From: Octopus bimaculoides
Lineage: Eukaryota
NCBI RefSeq assembly: GCF_001194135.2
Contig: NC_069002.1
Location: 18,783,916 to 18,820,775 of the forward strand
DNA: 36,860 nucleotides
Reading direction: 5' to 3'
In this document: piece by piece, positions 1-12,979 of the stretch
Numbering within the stretch: the stretch's first letter is position 1
Layout: every line of letters begins with the position of its first letter
Translations under genes and position numbers: made by a program
Notes under the pieces: generated by a model
What the model was told of the DNA's origin: nothing
The model's input: only the letters and a program-made list of their open reading frames with translations
The model's database searches: none

Positions 1-363
1 CTTTGAAGATATAGGTTTCATATAATGTGAGTGGAGGATTTGAACTTTGTCATTAATTGTTTCTAGCCAAAGTTCTGTGTCAAGTACTGGGAGTCTCATG
101 TTTGGGTGTCTTGTTGGGTAATCTATTGTTACCTTGATGCTCTGGTGTATTGTATTAGCTATATTCTGGATGTTTTCCATCACGATCTTCTCGTTCTCTT
201 CAGTCTGAATGTTTGATGGTGTTTTGACTACGATGTTAATGTCATCCACATATCTCCCGTATAGTTTGAGTGTTATTGAGTGTTCTTCGAGAGTTGTTTT
301 CAGCTTTTTGTCCCACCAGGTCATGAATAGGCTTGCCACGTCTCCGGCCACACTGACACCAAT
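1..363 (-). mobile_element. Penelope-like element (PLE) reverse transcriptase fragment, 5'-truncated, runs off the left edge of the window
   Basis: Manual translation of 363->1 gives 121 stop-free codons: IGVSVAGDVASLFMTWWDKKL...LYGRYVDDINIVV...IDYPTRHPNMRLPVLDTELW...ILHSHYMKPISSK. It contains the YVDD catalytic motif and the downstream LPVLD motif typical of PLE RT. It is missing from the ORF track because it is open at the edge. Confidence 0.85.
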
Positions 364-505
364 AATAATAATAAATAACGTACAATGTTCTTTGCTGAAA
401 CTGCGCTTTTGCAAGATTGGGTGAGTTAATATGAAACGAAAAAAAGAAAAGAAGTGATCCCCCAGGACAGAAGCTCTTTGAGGTTATCAAGGTGAGTATT
501 TAAAA

Positions 506-600
506 AATAATGTGTGTATGTGTGTGTGCGTGCGCGCGCGTGTGTATGTGCACGTGTGTGTGCGTGTGCACACACACACATACACACACACACATACAAA
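506..600. repeat. Compound (TG)/(CG)/(CA) microsatellite
   Basis: Directly visible. Confidence 0.9.
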
Positions 601-1592
601 CATAGACGTATCTGTATATTGTAATAAGAAAATAACATAAATCGCAATATATTGACATTGGGGAATAACATTCAAAATTGAAAAGAAATCCAGCGATTCT
701 TTAGAAATGAACTTTTTGACAAAATTGTCTCATTAACATTATCATGAACTTTACTGTGAGAAAAATCTATTTTTACCTCAATGACTTGAAATTAAATCTT
801 TCTAATTGAGCAGAATTTAAAAGAACTGCTTCAGTCATTCTAGAAGAATTTCGGACTTGAGAATCTTCTTTTGCAGTCGCAGCGCAAAAGATTGTTAATT
901 AAAAATCATCTATTTAAAATACGCGCGTGTGCGTACATACATACATACATACATACACACACACATAATGCACACCCACTTCTGTTGCTATCAAATTTAT
1001 CCTGATATACCAACAGTTCTGTGCTTGTTTACGTTTAACCGGCTGAATCTCTAGAGTTATAATTTATTTATAATTTAAGTAAATTCAAATAATTTCTTGA
1101 GAAAACTGAAGTCAACAAATAAAATTGATTAAATTAATGTTTCCTTTATTACGGAAACGTTTTGCTGGTCACCGAACCAAAAGCTTGTTCTTGAATTAAT
1201 GACATTTTAAAGGAAAGCCAAACCAGAATAAACCAAAAATATGTTTTCGTAGTTCACAGAATTATAATTTGATATGTTTTTGTGAAATCAAAGTTTTCCA
1301 AATCCTCTTTCCTAAAGTTTGAAGTAATCTTCTAAGAGAAACAGCAACAACAGCAACAACAAATGCATTTATCAGAATAAAGATGATAATACGACATGAA
1401 GAATGACAAACAAAAGAGGTAGAAAAATTAAAACCTATTAAAATATGAGATTGGAAAACAAGTTTTCTTGATCCCATTTCAATGAAAATTATAGAAAGTC
1501 ATTGCTTTTTTTACTTCTCACTTTCTAGTCTTAATAACAACAAACGTTACAAAATAATTATTGCAAAGATTTCTTCAAACCATTCTACTTAC

Positions 1593-1636
1593 GTTTTCTT
1601 GGGTTTTCTCCCCAACTTTCAGCATGTGTCCTGCAT
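1593..1636 (-). CDS. Candidate 44-nt exon of an unidentified gene (..AGHMLKVGEKTQEN)
   Basis: Minus-strand acceptor gtgctttactgatttAG and consensus donor GTAAGT, with an open frame between them. No homology recognised; this could be chance. Confidence 0.2.
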
Positions 1637-1814
1637 CTAAATCAGTAAAGCACGGAGATAAGCACAGATTAATGCGTATAGAATCTCTAATGCTTCAACT
1701 GATTTAAAAACACCAACTTCGACTTTAAATTTCATTGAAGTTCTTAATAATATTTATAAATCTTGATCTTGAAGTCTTTACTCAATAATTGATGTTAATA
1801 TACTTAATAAATTA

Positions 1815-2037
1815 AGGAGGTGTGCTGGCAGAAGCGTTAGCACGCCGGGCAAAATGCCTGGCGGCATTTCGTCCGTCTTTACGTTCTGAGTTCAAATTCC
1901 ACCGAGGTCGACTTTGCCTTTCATCCTTTCGGGATCGATGAAATAATCAAGTGGATTACATCAACTGGGGTTGATGTAATCCACTTGACACCCCGCCCCA
2001 AATTTCAGGCCCTATGCCTATAACAGAAAGAAATATT
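1815..2037 (+). mobile_element. tRNA-derived SINE family A, full length
   Basis: A-box-like TGGCAGAAGCG, B-box GAGTTCAAATTCC, body ggtcgactttgcctttcatcctttcggg and tail aaatttcaggccctatgcctata..gaaag. It matches about 14 other copies in the window. Confidence 0.9.
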
Positions 2038-5000
2038 GTATATGAATTATAATATATTATCCTATATAAATCATTAATCAATGTGTTACGTTCTTGAAAG
2101 AGTTTTTTATTACATTATATACATCCATACATACATACATACATACAGAAATATATACACACCGTGCAAATATATATACATGAATGAGCCTAACCAAGTA
2201 GTCTCGAACTCATAGAGCTGACCTCACTTTGTTGCTTTGTTAGCGCCCGGCTTGAAAACAGCAAAGGAAAAATCACAAAACCCAAAGAAGCAGTGTCCAT
2301 CCATCCATCCATCCAACCATCCATCCATGAAGAAATGCGTGTACATCACACAATCTCACTGACTGCTTATCCACACATTTCTCGTCTTGCTTCATTAAGA
2401 AATTACTTTGTTATCGTAGTGGAAATATTCCTCAGCGTCTGCCATGGTTACTGTTTAACTAATCAGTCTATACGAGCGGCTTGGTGAATATAGAAGTCAT
2501 GCTAGTATTTAAACAATTAATCATATTCAGAAGGAGAGTCAGAAATGATGAGTGGGGGAATAGACCAGCAGGGAACAAACTAAGGAATCAGTGGTACACC
2601 CTCATTTCCCGACAACTACATCAAGTTCTTGGCTAATTTTCGAATCACCCAGTTCACCTAGTTTGTAATCTAACTACCTTGAATGGAGATTACTCGACGC
2701 TGAACGTAACTGCAATAGCCAGGAAATGATTTCCTTAGCTTGGCGAGTCGATTTCAATTTCTGTAGAAATATTATTTTTGCTGTTGTTGCTGCTACTGTT
2801 TCTGTTGCTGTTGTTCTCGCCGTTGTTGTTGTTATTGTGGTGGTTGTTCAGCTCTTAAGTCAGCTGTTAAAGCAACAGGCCTATCACCATAGTCCTATCA
2901 TCCTATCATCAGCACCATCCATCAAATCGCTTTCGTTGAATTCAAAGACTACATTCTCTCGAGTGTCCTTCGTTATTTTATAGCCGGTCACGAAACGTCT
3001 AGTTAGAATAGAGCCAGCTGACGAAGGATTCATTCCAAGTGGCTATCTGTTTTCCTATGTGTTCGTTCCGTGGTCTGTAGTTCATTGTTCTAACGTCCTG
3101 TACCCTGATATGCATCTATATACACATGTAGATGTAAGTATGTACATATATGTGTGTATACATGCATATATATTCTTTGTATTATCACTACTTTTTATAG
3201 CCGCGTTTTGTTACCGTTTGTGTAGACTATTTTTATATGATTCATATTTGGAAAGAGATAATATATATATTTTACTTTTGAAGTAGGAATATATATTGAT
3301 AAACACGTCACTTATAACTTACTTATAAGTGTTATCATTATACGTAAATCCTGACTCCAGCTACATTAAACGCCATAGCGAGAAATATATACTCTGAAAC
3401 GCTAACAGTCATTTTATGCGTGCATGTATGTTGAAGATAAATAAATTCGTGTTCTTTTAACCGCTATAAAAAATAGTTTCATAATTGCAGAAATAAATTT
3501 CATTAACAAGTTGAAGAACGTGAAGAAAGAGAAAATAATTACTACATTATTTTATTTATGTATATTTAGCATTTATAGTACAATTGGAAAGTAAAGTCAT
3601 TTTGTCGTAGAGAATTACTACTTAAAATTCACACTAGCGAATCCTTCATACTAACTACAAGAGTTCGCAACAATTCAAATAAGTCTTGTTGGATTTAAAT
3701 CATAGGCATGGCATTAAAAAAAATAGCCAATATCTCAATGAGTGAGTGTCGTGGAGTTTAGTAACAATCCTACGAACACTATCGTGAGTTTAGTAACATC
3801 CAATGAACACTGAGTAATTTCCCCAAAATCAGGGTTTTATAACTGCTCATATCCGAATTCTAAGAACCGTATTTCGTGAAACTTTTCTTTGATGAAAGTT
3901 TAGAATTCGTATGTGGGCAGTAATTGTAACCAATGGGATACCAACAATTATGCTTCTTCGGGCAAACAACCATTACGTCATATTGCCGCCTTTTATGACT
4001 TGCTACAGTTATATTAAGTTGTGCTGGGGATCTTATTCTGAGAACGCGTTGACTGTTATTTCTAGCAGGTGGAACAACCAAAGCGAGTATCTATCGTTGA
4101 GCAGTTGAGTATCGCTATACAGGGGCTCAACTTCTCCATTGCTTCTCTCGTATAACCTACAAGAACGTGTTTCGAAGCAAAGCTAACGAAAACATCGAAA
4201 ATTTATGAACGGTGTCGAGATTATCAGATCGCTTTATAATACGAAGAACAATAATCTGCACCAACTTCGTCACATGACAGCTGACTAAACAATGAGTGCG
4301 ATAAAGATCGAAGATGAGTAATGTCATAGTTAGGAACAATCTGCATTACTATGCGCAAATAGTAATGGCTCTCATATCTATTACATGTGTTAGAATGCTT
4401 TATACCTTGTGACATAGTATCGTTATAGCTACAAAATTTGTCTCTATACTGTATATTTCATTGTAACGTAGTATTGTCATATCTTACATAGTTATCGTAA
4501 AAAATTAATACTGTCATTAATTACATATATACCAAAGGTGTGTGAAAACAGTTATATCTTTGAAGGCAGTACGGATAATGAGTTAGCTTATCTACCATAT
4601 CTGTGCAGAATATTTTCAGTAGTCTTATTTTTGGCAGAAATCTAGCAATAAAAGTATCTATGTTCTATTACTATATGCAATAACAGTTTACTTCCGTCAT
4701 AGCTATGATGGAAGTCTGGATACATTTTAAAACTAGGAATAGTTAATCTTGCTTTATCTATGATAGTTGCCTAAATACTATGTAAGATTGCAAGCATAAG
4801 TTAGCTAATGACACCAGATCCAAGGTCTATTTCTAAATAATTTAGACTACAAACCATAAACAATTAATACCATGTTATCTATGATAATAAAATAAATGAT
4901 AAGGTTATATATATTCGTTGATTTACAGTCATAAATACGATAATAATTTCGCTATGCAGATGGTTGTAATCTAATAACTGAAGCAAGTAAAGGATTAAAA

Positions 5001-5216
5001 GATTAAAAGGTTAAGATAATATATAATAAATAATTACTCCTGTCTATATCTATGTTAATAGTCTAAATACAATATAAGACTATGAACTTCGGATAATTAA
5101 TACTAAGACAACGTTTGCTAAATAGCTAACAATATCATATTTCTATGACAGTAGTCTAAATATTGTTCAACGTACAACAAATAATAAATCCTATCATATT
5201 TATGATAGCATTAAAC

Positions 5217-5422
5217 CAGCAATTCCAGGGGTATGGATTAGTCAGTTACATCAGTCCCAACACTTGGTTGGTACTATATTTTAGCGCCCCCCCCACCACC
5301 ACCCCAAAGATGAAAAGCAAAGTCGACCTCGGCAGACTTTAAACCCGGATCATGAAGAGGCGAAAATAGAGGCGCTGAGCATTTTCGACCGGCATCTAAA
5401 CGATTCTACCTGCTGGCCGTCT
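5217..5422 (-). mobile_element. SINE family A, diverged
   Basis: Reverse complement of the family body (gatgaaaagcaaagtcgacctcggcag) and head (taaacgattctacctgct). Confidence 0.8.
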
Positions 5423-5435
5423 TCTAAATTTTTTT

Positions 5436-5590
5436 TTCTAGCATTGACACAAATCCAGCAATTTGGAGGGGAGGGGCCGGTCGATTACATCGATCCTCGT
5501 GCTTGGTTGAGGGAATGAAAAGCAAAGCTGACCTCGATGGAATTTGAACTTAGAATGTAAAGACGGACGAAATGCTGCCAGACATTTCCT
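5436..5590 (-). mobile_element. SINE family A, 5'-truncated, in tandem with the previous copy
   Basis: gaaaagcaaagctgacctcgatggaatttgaacttagaatgtaaagacggacgaaat matches the reverse complement of the family consensus. Confidence 0.85.
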
Positions 5591-5684
5591 CAACTTAAAG
5601 TTCCTCATCCTTCCCCCATTCTTTCCATTACTCCTCTTCCTTCCTGCTAGTCTGCCTCCCGAGCCACCTCTTCTTCCCAATAAT

Positions 5685-5960
5685 GATGATGCTGATGATG
5701 ATGACAGTGATAACAATAGCGGTGATGTTTATAATGCTGCTGTTGCTGTTGCTGTTGATGCTGATAACGATATTTAATGACAATATATATAAGCCGTCGC
5801 TACTGCTACTACGACTACTTGTTCTCTATCTTGTTTGCAGTTTTCAGTTTAGTTATAGATATCTTGATATTGATGACGACAATGACGATGATGACGATGT
5901 GAGTGCTGTCGATGCTGCTGCTGCTGATTCTGATGATAATTATGATGTCATCGCTGATGA
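5685..5960. repeat. Degenerate (GAT)/(GCT) trinucleotide low-complexity region
   Basis: Runs of gat, gct and gac are visible. Confidence 0.7.
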
Positions 5961-6069
5961 CGCTTCTGCTCTGAACTTCCAACAGTGTCAATAAAATTAT
6001 ATGAAAGGATCGCTGAGCCAACATGAAATGATGACGCAAATGGTTCTTTGCGTCACGCTGACACATTCG

Positions 6070-6315
6070 TAAATGCACACACACATATACATATATGTAT
6101 ACATAGATACACACACGCACACACACACACACACACATACGCACACACACACACACACATACGTACTATGCATATATATATATATATATATATGTATATA
6201 CACTCACAGATACATGTATGTATGTGGACATAGATGCTATGTATGCACAAGCATGCACCATGCAGCATACACACACAAACGTATATAAAATATATGTATA
6301 TTATATGTATATATA

Positions 6316-6346
<31 letters not shown>

Positions 6347-6760
6347 TTGTGTGCTGTGTGTGCATGTGTACGCCCGCGTAGAAATGCATTCGCATGCACA
6401 CGCAATGCGACAAACGCACGTACATACAGGTACGCACATAACATATAAGTGTGTGTGTGTACGTGCATGCACGTGTGTGTGTGTGTGTGTGTATGCGTAG
6501 GTTTGTGTGTGCGTGTGTATGCGCGCGAGCGTACGTGTATGTGTAAGTGTGTGTCTGTGTGTATGTATGTGTGTGCGTGTACAGCAGCATGCACCATGCA
6601 ACAGGCTCGCAGAAACAACTATATTCGGTGTCCGTATAAACATACATTGCTACTTATATTTTGCATCTTCCACCTATTAGACACACTATACGGCTCACAG
6701 ACACACATGCACACGCACGCAAACACACACACACACATACACACACACACACACATGTTT
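6070..6760. repeat. Large compound (CA)/(TA)/(TG) microsatellite field
   Basis: Directly visible; it generates the poly-HT, VC and IY ORFs. Confidence 0.95.
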
Positions 6761-6789
6761 ATATCGCATACGTTATAGCAGTGACTAAG

Positions 6790-6915
6790 CCTCTATGTGG
6801 TCATACTCGATACTAGAAATAGCAGGTGTTTATCACTGGAATCACACCCTACCGTCGTAGAAAGGGCATTGCAGTTGTGGATGACCCAAAAATGACAGGA
6901 TGGCCACAGCCGGAC
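6790..6915 (+). mobile_element. Interspersed repeat family C fragment
   Basis: Shares the motif (g/a)ctagaaatagc..ccaa / tcacaccctac with 8060-8270, 22955-23115, 23445-23485 and about 34745-34775. Confidence 0.5.
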
Positions 6916-7249
6916 TGTTTAGTTTAATAATAGGCCTGCGTGACCAACACAGAGAGGACTCAGGGTTAGACAACCCCAGGAATTCTGCACATACACAAAG
7001 ACTGCTTGTTTGTGTGTGTGTGTGTGTGTATGTGTGTGAATACCATACGTTTATGTATTTTTCAATACAAATTTACAAACGTTGTCATCCCTACGATAAT
7101 ATTTCCTCCCGCAACAAAGAGTGACAAATGGAAGCCTTCATTAACATTTTCGCATCTCTGGTTGCTGCTATCTTTAGCACGATAGTGTGGTCATATGATA
7201 ACAACATCATGATCAGCAACAGTACCTTCATAATGATCCTGCTCACCAG

Positions 7250-7253
7250 CACC

Positions 7254-7284
<31 letters not shown>

Positions 7285-7289
7285 ATGAC

Positions 7290-7331
<42 letters not shown>

Positions 7332-7430
7332 AACAACAACAACAACAACAACAACAGCAACAACAACAACAACAACAACAACGACAGCAGCAGCACTACT
7401 TTTACCACCACTAACACTACCATCACCAAC
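7250..7430. repeat. Compound (ACC)(GAC)(AAC)(AGC) trinucleotide microsatellite
   Basis: Directly visible. Confidence 0.95.
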
Positions 7431-8059
7431 ACAGTGGCACACGATCGATTCAGAGACATCTCTAGTAGCATCACCTACAACACTACCATGGCAACTGGTC
7501 CACTATCACCTTCACCACCATCACTTCCACCACCATCACCTTAAGCACCATGGCTACCGCCATCACTTCCACCACCATCACCTCCACCACCATTACCCCC
7601 ACTACCATCACTTATCATCACCATTAACACTAGCAACTCTNNNNNNNNNNATCACTTCCACCACCATCACCTTAAGCACCATGGCTACCGCCATCACTTC
7701 CACCACCATCACCTCCACCACCATTACCCCCACTACCATCACTTATCATCACCATTAACACTAGCAACTCTTGAACCCTCCTTTGTTGTCAAAACAACGG
7801 CGTCACCGCCCCAACCACTACCAACGCCGGCACCCTCTCCCAGTTCTCTTCACCCCCATACACCCAAGCAAAAGTCAACGACAGAGTCTCACCTTTGTTT
7901 TATGCCATGCTGGAAATAGGAGTCAAATCTTCTACATACCACAGCCATCCTAATGTCTTCAAAGTGGACACAAATCAATGTAGTCCGAGTGACACAGTCT
8001 CTGAAAAAGGCAGGATGGTCAAGGTCGGAATGTTTTTTTTATAAAATAGGCGCACTATC

Positions 8060-8270
8060 CGAGATGACTTGGAGCCAAGCAACAGCCTAATGGCGGAATG
8101 TCTAAGCTGTTGCCTAACCTGCAAGAAATAGCGGCCAATTTTCCCTTGAATTATACTCTAACTTCTTAAACAAAGGGAGGCAGTCCTAGTATATCATCTC
8201 TGAACACCAGATGGAGTGGTCATTGCTGGAAATCCTTTGATTATTGTTCTGCTCAATCAAGTCTGACACC
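8060..8270 (+). mobile_element. Interspersed repeat family C copy
   Basis: cctgcaagaaatagcggccaattttcccttgaattatactcta is similar to the other family C copies. Confidence 0.5.
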
Positions 8271-8437
8271 AAGCAAAATGATGCTGTTAAACGTGCTAAA
8301 GTATGGTGACATAGCAACGCTCACTTTATGACCTCAGTAAGGGCGGTGAAATCGAGGCTTTGCTGAGAAAATCTGATAAGAGCGAAACGCATTCATAGTT
8401 GTCTTCCCTGGTTGCCGTAAAGTTTAAATTAATATAG

Positions 8438-8660
8438 CTTTTAAATTTTGACACAAGGCCAGAAATTTAGTGGTAGAGGATAAGTCGATTACCGCGACCC
8501 CAGTAGTTAACTGGTACTAATCAACTGGGGTTCAATTTCACGACCCCGAAAGTATGAAAGGCAAATTGGCCTCGGCAGAATCTCCACTTAGAACCTAAAG
8601 ACTGAAGAAACGTCGCTAAGCCTTTTGTCCGGCATGCTACGATTCTGCCAGCCACTGCCC
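8438..8660 (-). mobile_element. SINE family A (aaatttgaaa-type tail)
   Basis: Reverse-complement match from the tail aaattttgacacaaggcc to the head acgattctgccagc. Confidence 0.9.
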
Positions 8661-8969
8661 TTTATGATTAAATTAATATTTGACCTGGAACCAAAGTGTT
8701 CTCTCCATACAGCATTTATATTTATAATTAAAATTTGGATGATATGGATTAAATGTGTAAAATGTGTTCATCCCTAATTAACTAATGATTTTCGTGCAGA
8801 TGACATTTTTTAATTCTAAAGATGAGAAGACGAGCAACATCGGAGAAGGAAAATCTGAAATCCATTGGAAATAAAGAGAATATAAAAAGAGCGAAGGGGA
8901 TGCTGTTTGACAGGGTAACAGAATATAGCATGTTCAGGGGAAGGGAAATTGTCTTCTTAATGACATGGA

Positions 8970-9232
8970 AGAGAGAGAGAGAGAGAGAGNNNNNNNNNNN
9001 NNNNNNNNNNNNNNNNNNNNNNNNNNNNNNNNNNNNNNNNNNNNNNNNNNNNNNNNNNNNNNNNNNNNNNNNNNNNNNNNNNNNNNNNNNNNNNNNNNNN
9101 NNNNNNNNNNNNNNNNNNNNNNNNNNNNNNNNNNNNNNNNNNNNNNNNNNNNNNNNNNNNNNNNNNNNNNNNNNNNNNNNNNNNNNNNNNNNNGAGAGGG
9201 AGAGAGAGGGAGAGAGAGGGAGAGAGAGAGGT
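8970..9232. repeat. (GA)n microsatellite spanning an assembly gap
   Basis: GA runs on both sides of the N block. Confidence 0.85.
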
Positions 9233-9522
9233 TACGTTTAGGTGAGTTATATTTTCTGGAAAATATGTTAATAACCTGTAACTACCAGAATGTCGGTCGA
9301 ATTTAAGGAATGGAGGAGAACGGCAACAATTTAGCTGATATGAAAGATTTAATTAGCGATGAAGAATTGCCAATGTGACACCTGTTCAAGAATATTTGAT
9401 AAAATGTGGCGCCTTAATATATATTCTTTATTTCTTAGATGGACTGTGGCCATGAGCGAACACCGCCTAAACCTTTGAGTTTTGGCTTAGTTGTTCAGAT
9501 GGACCCTAAATGTTTAAAAGCT

Positions 9523-10281
9523 TACCATATATACTCGAATAATAGTCAATCTCATGTAAAAGTCGACCCCCCTATTTTTGGCCAAAAACTTAGAGATCCT
9601 AGTATTTCACAAACAACAGGGCAACATTTGTGGGTGAAGGTACCGTATTATCCTGTACGTAGAAATAACAGTTACAAAGTTGTGTGGCTGCCTTACTGTG
9701 GCCTGCTCTATCGGTGGAATGTTTGGTGCTTATAATGGAATGCTCGGTATCTATAATAAAACATCATTTAATAGCGAACACGACACATCTGTTGATGGGT
9801 GCTACACCACCATTACAAAAATGTATGCACAGGATATGCTGCAAGACTGCATACATCTGCAAGCACAATAAACACATGTGTCATACACTCATTGTTTACA
9901 CGGTGAGAAACATGTTTCATAGACAGCACAGTGGGCGAACACTGGCAAACGCCACTGTCTGAATTCGTACAAAGGCATGACTTCTGTAAGCCCCAAAACA
10001 TTCAATTAATCGCTAGATCAGTGGTTCCCATGTGACCTTTATATTTTACAAGAACGTGTGTTTTGATGCATAGAATTGGTAATATTACTGTAATTCATTG
10101 TGTTTTTGCTTTTATTCGCTTAGAGATCAGTTGGGCTTCTGCTGCTGCTGATACGGTATTTCGGATTCTAACTCGAATTTCTGCCCCACAAAAGTAGTAT
10201 CCATGTAATAGTCGAACCCATAAATTTGACATTAAAAAATAGTCTAAAAAAAATTCGACATTTACACGAGTCTATACGATA
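9523..10281. mobile_element. Probable non-autonomous Tc1/mariner-superfamily (pogo/Tigger-like) DNA transposon
   Basis: Left end taccatatatactcgaataatagtcaat and the reverse complement of the right end, tatcgtatagactcgtgtaaatgtcgaat, form degenerate TIRs starting with TA. The subterminal motif catgtaa(a/t)agtcga is repeated near both ends. Confidence 0.45.
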
Positions 10282-11730
10282 ATCATGCTTGTGACTGAAG
10301 CCAGTAGGTAATTTCTAAGTTCGCTACTTATTCAATCGACGCCTATTTGTCGAACTGCTTGGTTTCAGGACACATAAGCACTCACACACACAAACACACA
10401 AAAACACACTCACATCTGATTATGGAGATGCGGACTAGATTATTTATATTCCGACATACTTGTCTCTTTAGTTCAATCCCGACCCAATTCTCTCTTAATT
10501 TACTACTTGAGATGTGGACAGATCAGGAGTTGGCAGATCATCGAGTTCCATGGTTTGACTGTTTTTAGTTTTATCACTCCACCTTATTTTAATCTAACAC
10601 AAATCAAAATAGATATTTTAAAAGAAATACCAGTTATTTATTTTATAGATTCGGTCGTTTCCCACTAATTGCTAAAACACGGCCATTGTAAGAAATTCTG
10701 AATTTTGAAACTAATTTCAGTTTACATAAACTGGCATAGGGTGTATTCCCAGTACCAGTTATATGCTGAGGGATTTTACTTTTCTTTCTTAAGAAGACCT
10801 TATAAAATATGTAAAATTCTTTCGATTTACATCATCAGACATAGAGAGTTGTTTTATATTCAAGATTCGATGGCTGTTTGCGTTAGCAACACCTTTCATT
10901 AAAGCGGACATTAATGATAAAACCTCGTTATAATTTTCTGATTGATCTCATAGATTTGTAACGATTTTTTTAAAACAACAAATCACTACTTCAGAGACAT
11001 GATATTTCAACTCTGAAACGGATTTCCCTAATCAAAAACAGTAAATTCCATCAAAGACCGTGGAACCATCGTTTACCATCGTTGCTGCTTTAAGAGAACA
11101 TGAAACACTAAAATCAACAACAACAACAACAACAACATAAAACCACAAAATATCATCACATCATTCATTATTCCTGCTGTCATCACAAATTCTTTCTCTT
11201 TATTCCTCCTTCTCTTTCTCTCACTCTCTCTCCTCCTCTATCTCGTTAACAAATCAAGTGCTGACAACACCACTACCACCATCACCATCATCACAACCAC
11301 CACTACTACAATCATCATCGTAGTTATCATTGTCGTCACCACCACCAACATCAACACTATCATCGCCACATCTATTCATACTCTGTCATCATCATCATCA
11401 TCATCGTCATTAATATTACCCTCACCAATTTCACACTAAAATTTCTTTCCTTACAACTAATATCTTCACCACCACTACCACCACCACCACCACCACCACC
11501 ATCTTGCCACCAACCAACATGCAAATCACCGTGACTTCTGCGACCACAGTCAACACTTCCCCTGCTCAACCCTAATCGATGGTGACTAACCAGCAGAGAA
11601 AACTCCTTTGACACAGTTGCAATAATAATGACACGTTTGTAAATATGCTGTAGCATGGCCAATTCTGGTGAAGTGGTAGGCGAGGTGGGGTGCCAGACTG
11701 ACATACGTATTACTTTATTTAAGTACATCA

Positions 11731-11948
11731 AGGCAGCGAGCTGGCAGAAACGTTAGCACGCCGGGCGAAATGCTTAGCGGTATTTCGTCCGTTTTTACGT
11801 TCTGAGTTCAAATTCCGCAGAAGTCGACTTTACCTTTCATCCTTTTGAGATCAATAAATTAAGTACTAGTTGCATCCTGGGGTCGACCTAATCGACTGGC
11901 CCCTCTCCCAAAATTTCAAGTCTTCTGCCTAGAGTAAAAAGAATATTT
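11731..11948 (+). mobile_element. SINE family A, full length
   Basis: aggcagcgagctggcagaaacgttagcacgccgggcgaaatgcttagcggtatttcg...gagttcaaattcc... Confidence 0.92.
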
Positions 11949-12164
11949 AAGTACATCGTTTTCATTTAAAATCCAGTCAAGGTCAAATAATAGTCAACAT
12001 TTTCTCATTCACAGTTTTTCCATAAACTCTCTCTCTCTCTCTCTCACGCTCTCTCACTGTCTCTTTCTCACCCTCTCTCACTTTCTCTCTCTCTCTCTCT
12101 CTCACCTTTCCTCAATCACTTTCGAGCGTTAAGGCTATCACCCAAGAACGCAGGGTGCTGTGGG

Positions 12165-12370
12165 CCAGAACAGTGTCCTCGGGTCAATTCATGCGATCCC
12201 TATTCCATTCGTCTACAGTCCGGGATTCCTTCTTCATTTTATCGACCTTTGAAAGAAGAATGGTAAAGTTGAGCTGTGTAGGATTTGAAATCGGAACTAA
12301 GTGACTCAAAAAGAACTACCGTAAGGCACCTCCGCTGCACTTTGCTTTGACGACAGCCAATTCACCGCCA
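12165..12370 (-). mobile_element. SINE family A, old and degenerate
   Basis: ttttatcgacctttgaaagaagaatggtaaagttgagc...ggatttgaaatcgg and gccaattcaccgcc resemble the reverse complement of the consensus. Confidence 0.55.
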
Positions 12371-12979
12371 AAGATAACAAACCAAGCATCACATAGTCAC
12401 TCACATATATGAAGCTACCCCTACATGAGAGAGTTACCCAAATATAAAGCAAGGACCCTTGAATATGTGCTTGTTCTGATTTTAAATACGATTACCACAC
12501 TTTCTTAATTCGATCTCGGAATCGCACCTTCCACTAAACAAACGTTCGCTCATACCTCACTACGGTCGATACATCAGGAATTCCACTTTTACCTCCCAGG
12601 CGTCAAGTAGATGTTTCGACTAAACACCAGACCGTATCGATTTTAGCAATCGAGGAAAACCTAGAAAGGTCATCGAAGTAGTATCTCTTCTCTTTGGAGT
12701 GATAATACAAAATCGAATTAATAACATCAAATAATCTTTGGAAATTTAGCCGAGTAATGCGACAATGATATAGAATAGTGATTACTAGACAGGATATTGA
12801 CGTATATTGATCAATGAATATTGATTTATATTAATCTATCAAGGTAATTTGATACAATCGATCTTGAAAAATACCTGGCGAACACTAAATTTAGAATCAC
12901 GAAATATTTAGAATCACGCATTCTCTTATTTCTGTTAGAGTTTGAACGAAGATATCGCACAAGTATATGGAGCTTATAA

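Noticed and set aside
410-500. Two consensus plus-strand donors (G|GTGAGT at 420 and 490)
   Set aside because: No convincing exon or acceptor context, and such hexamers are expected by chance in 37 kb.
1815-1905. SINE heads as tRNA genes
   Set aside because: A and B boxes are present, but there is no complete cloverleaf or acceptor stem and each head is fused to a SINE body.
2985-3040. Hammerhead-like words GAAACGTC and CTGACGA close together
   Set aside because: No topology gives consistent stems I and II, and CTGACGA is not followed by a stem and GAAA.
3749-3812. Imperfect two-copy tandem duplication of about 32 bp
   Set aside because: An ordinary local duplication with no further structure.
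5997-6778. Many overlapping HT, VC and IY ORFs (also at about 15000, 21300, 32500 and 35100)
   Set aside because: They are dinucleotide repeats lacking stop codons, some reading through N gaps.
7128-7758. Mucin-like or poly-T/D/N/H ORFs
   Set aside because: They are translations of trinucleotide microsatellites, with no domain or convincing splice support.
7520-7771. Exact 121-bp direct duplication (7520-7640 and 7651-7771)
   Set aside because: The two copies flank a 10-N gap exactly, which is the signature of overlapping contig ends. It is probably an assembly artefact.
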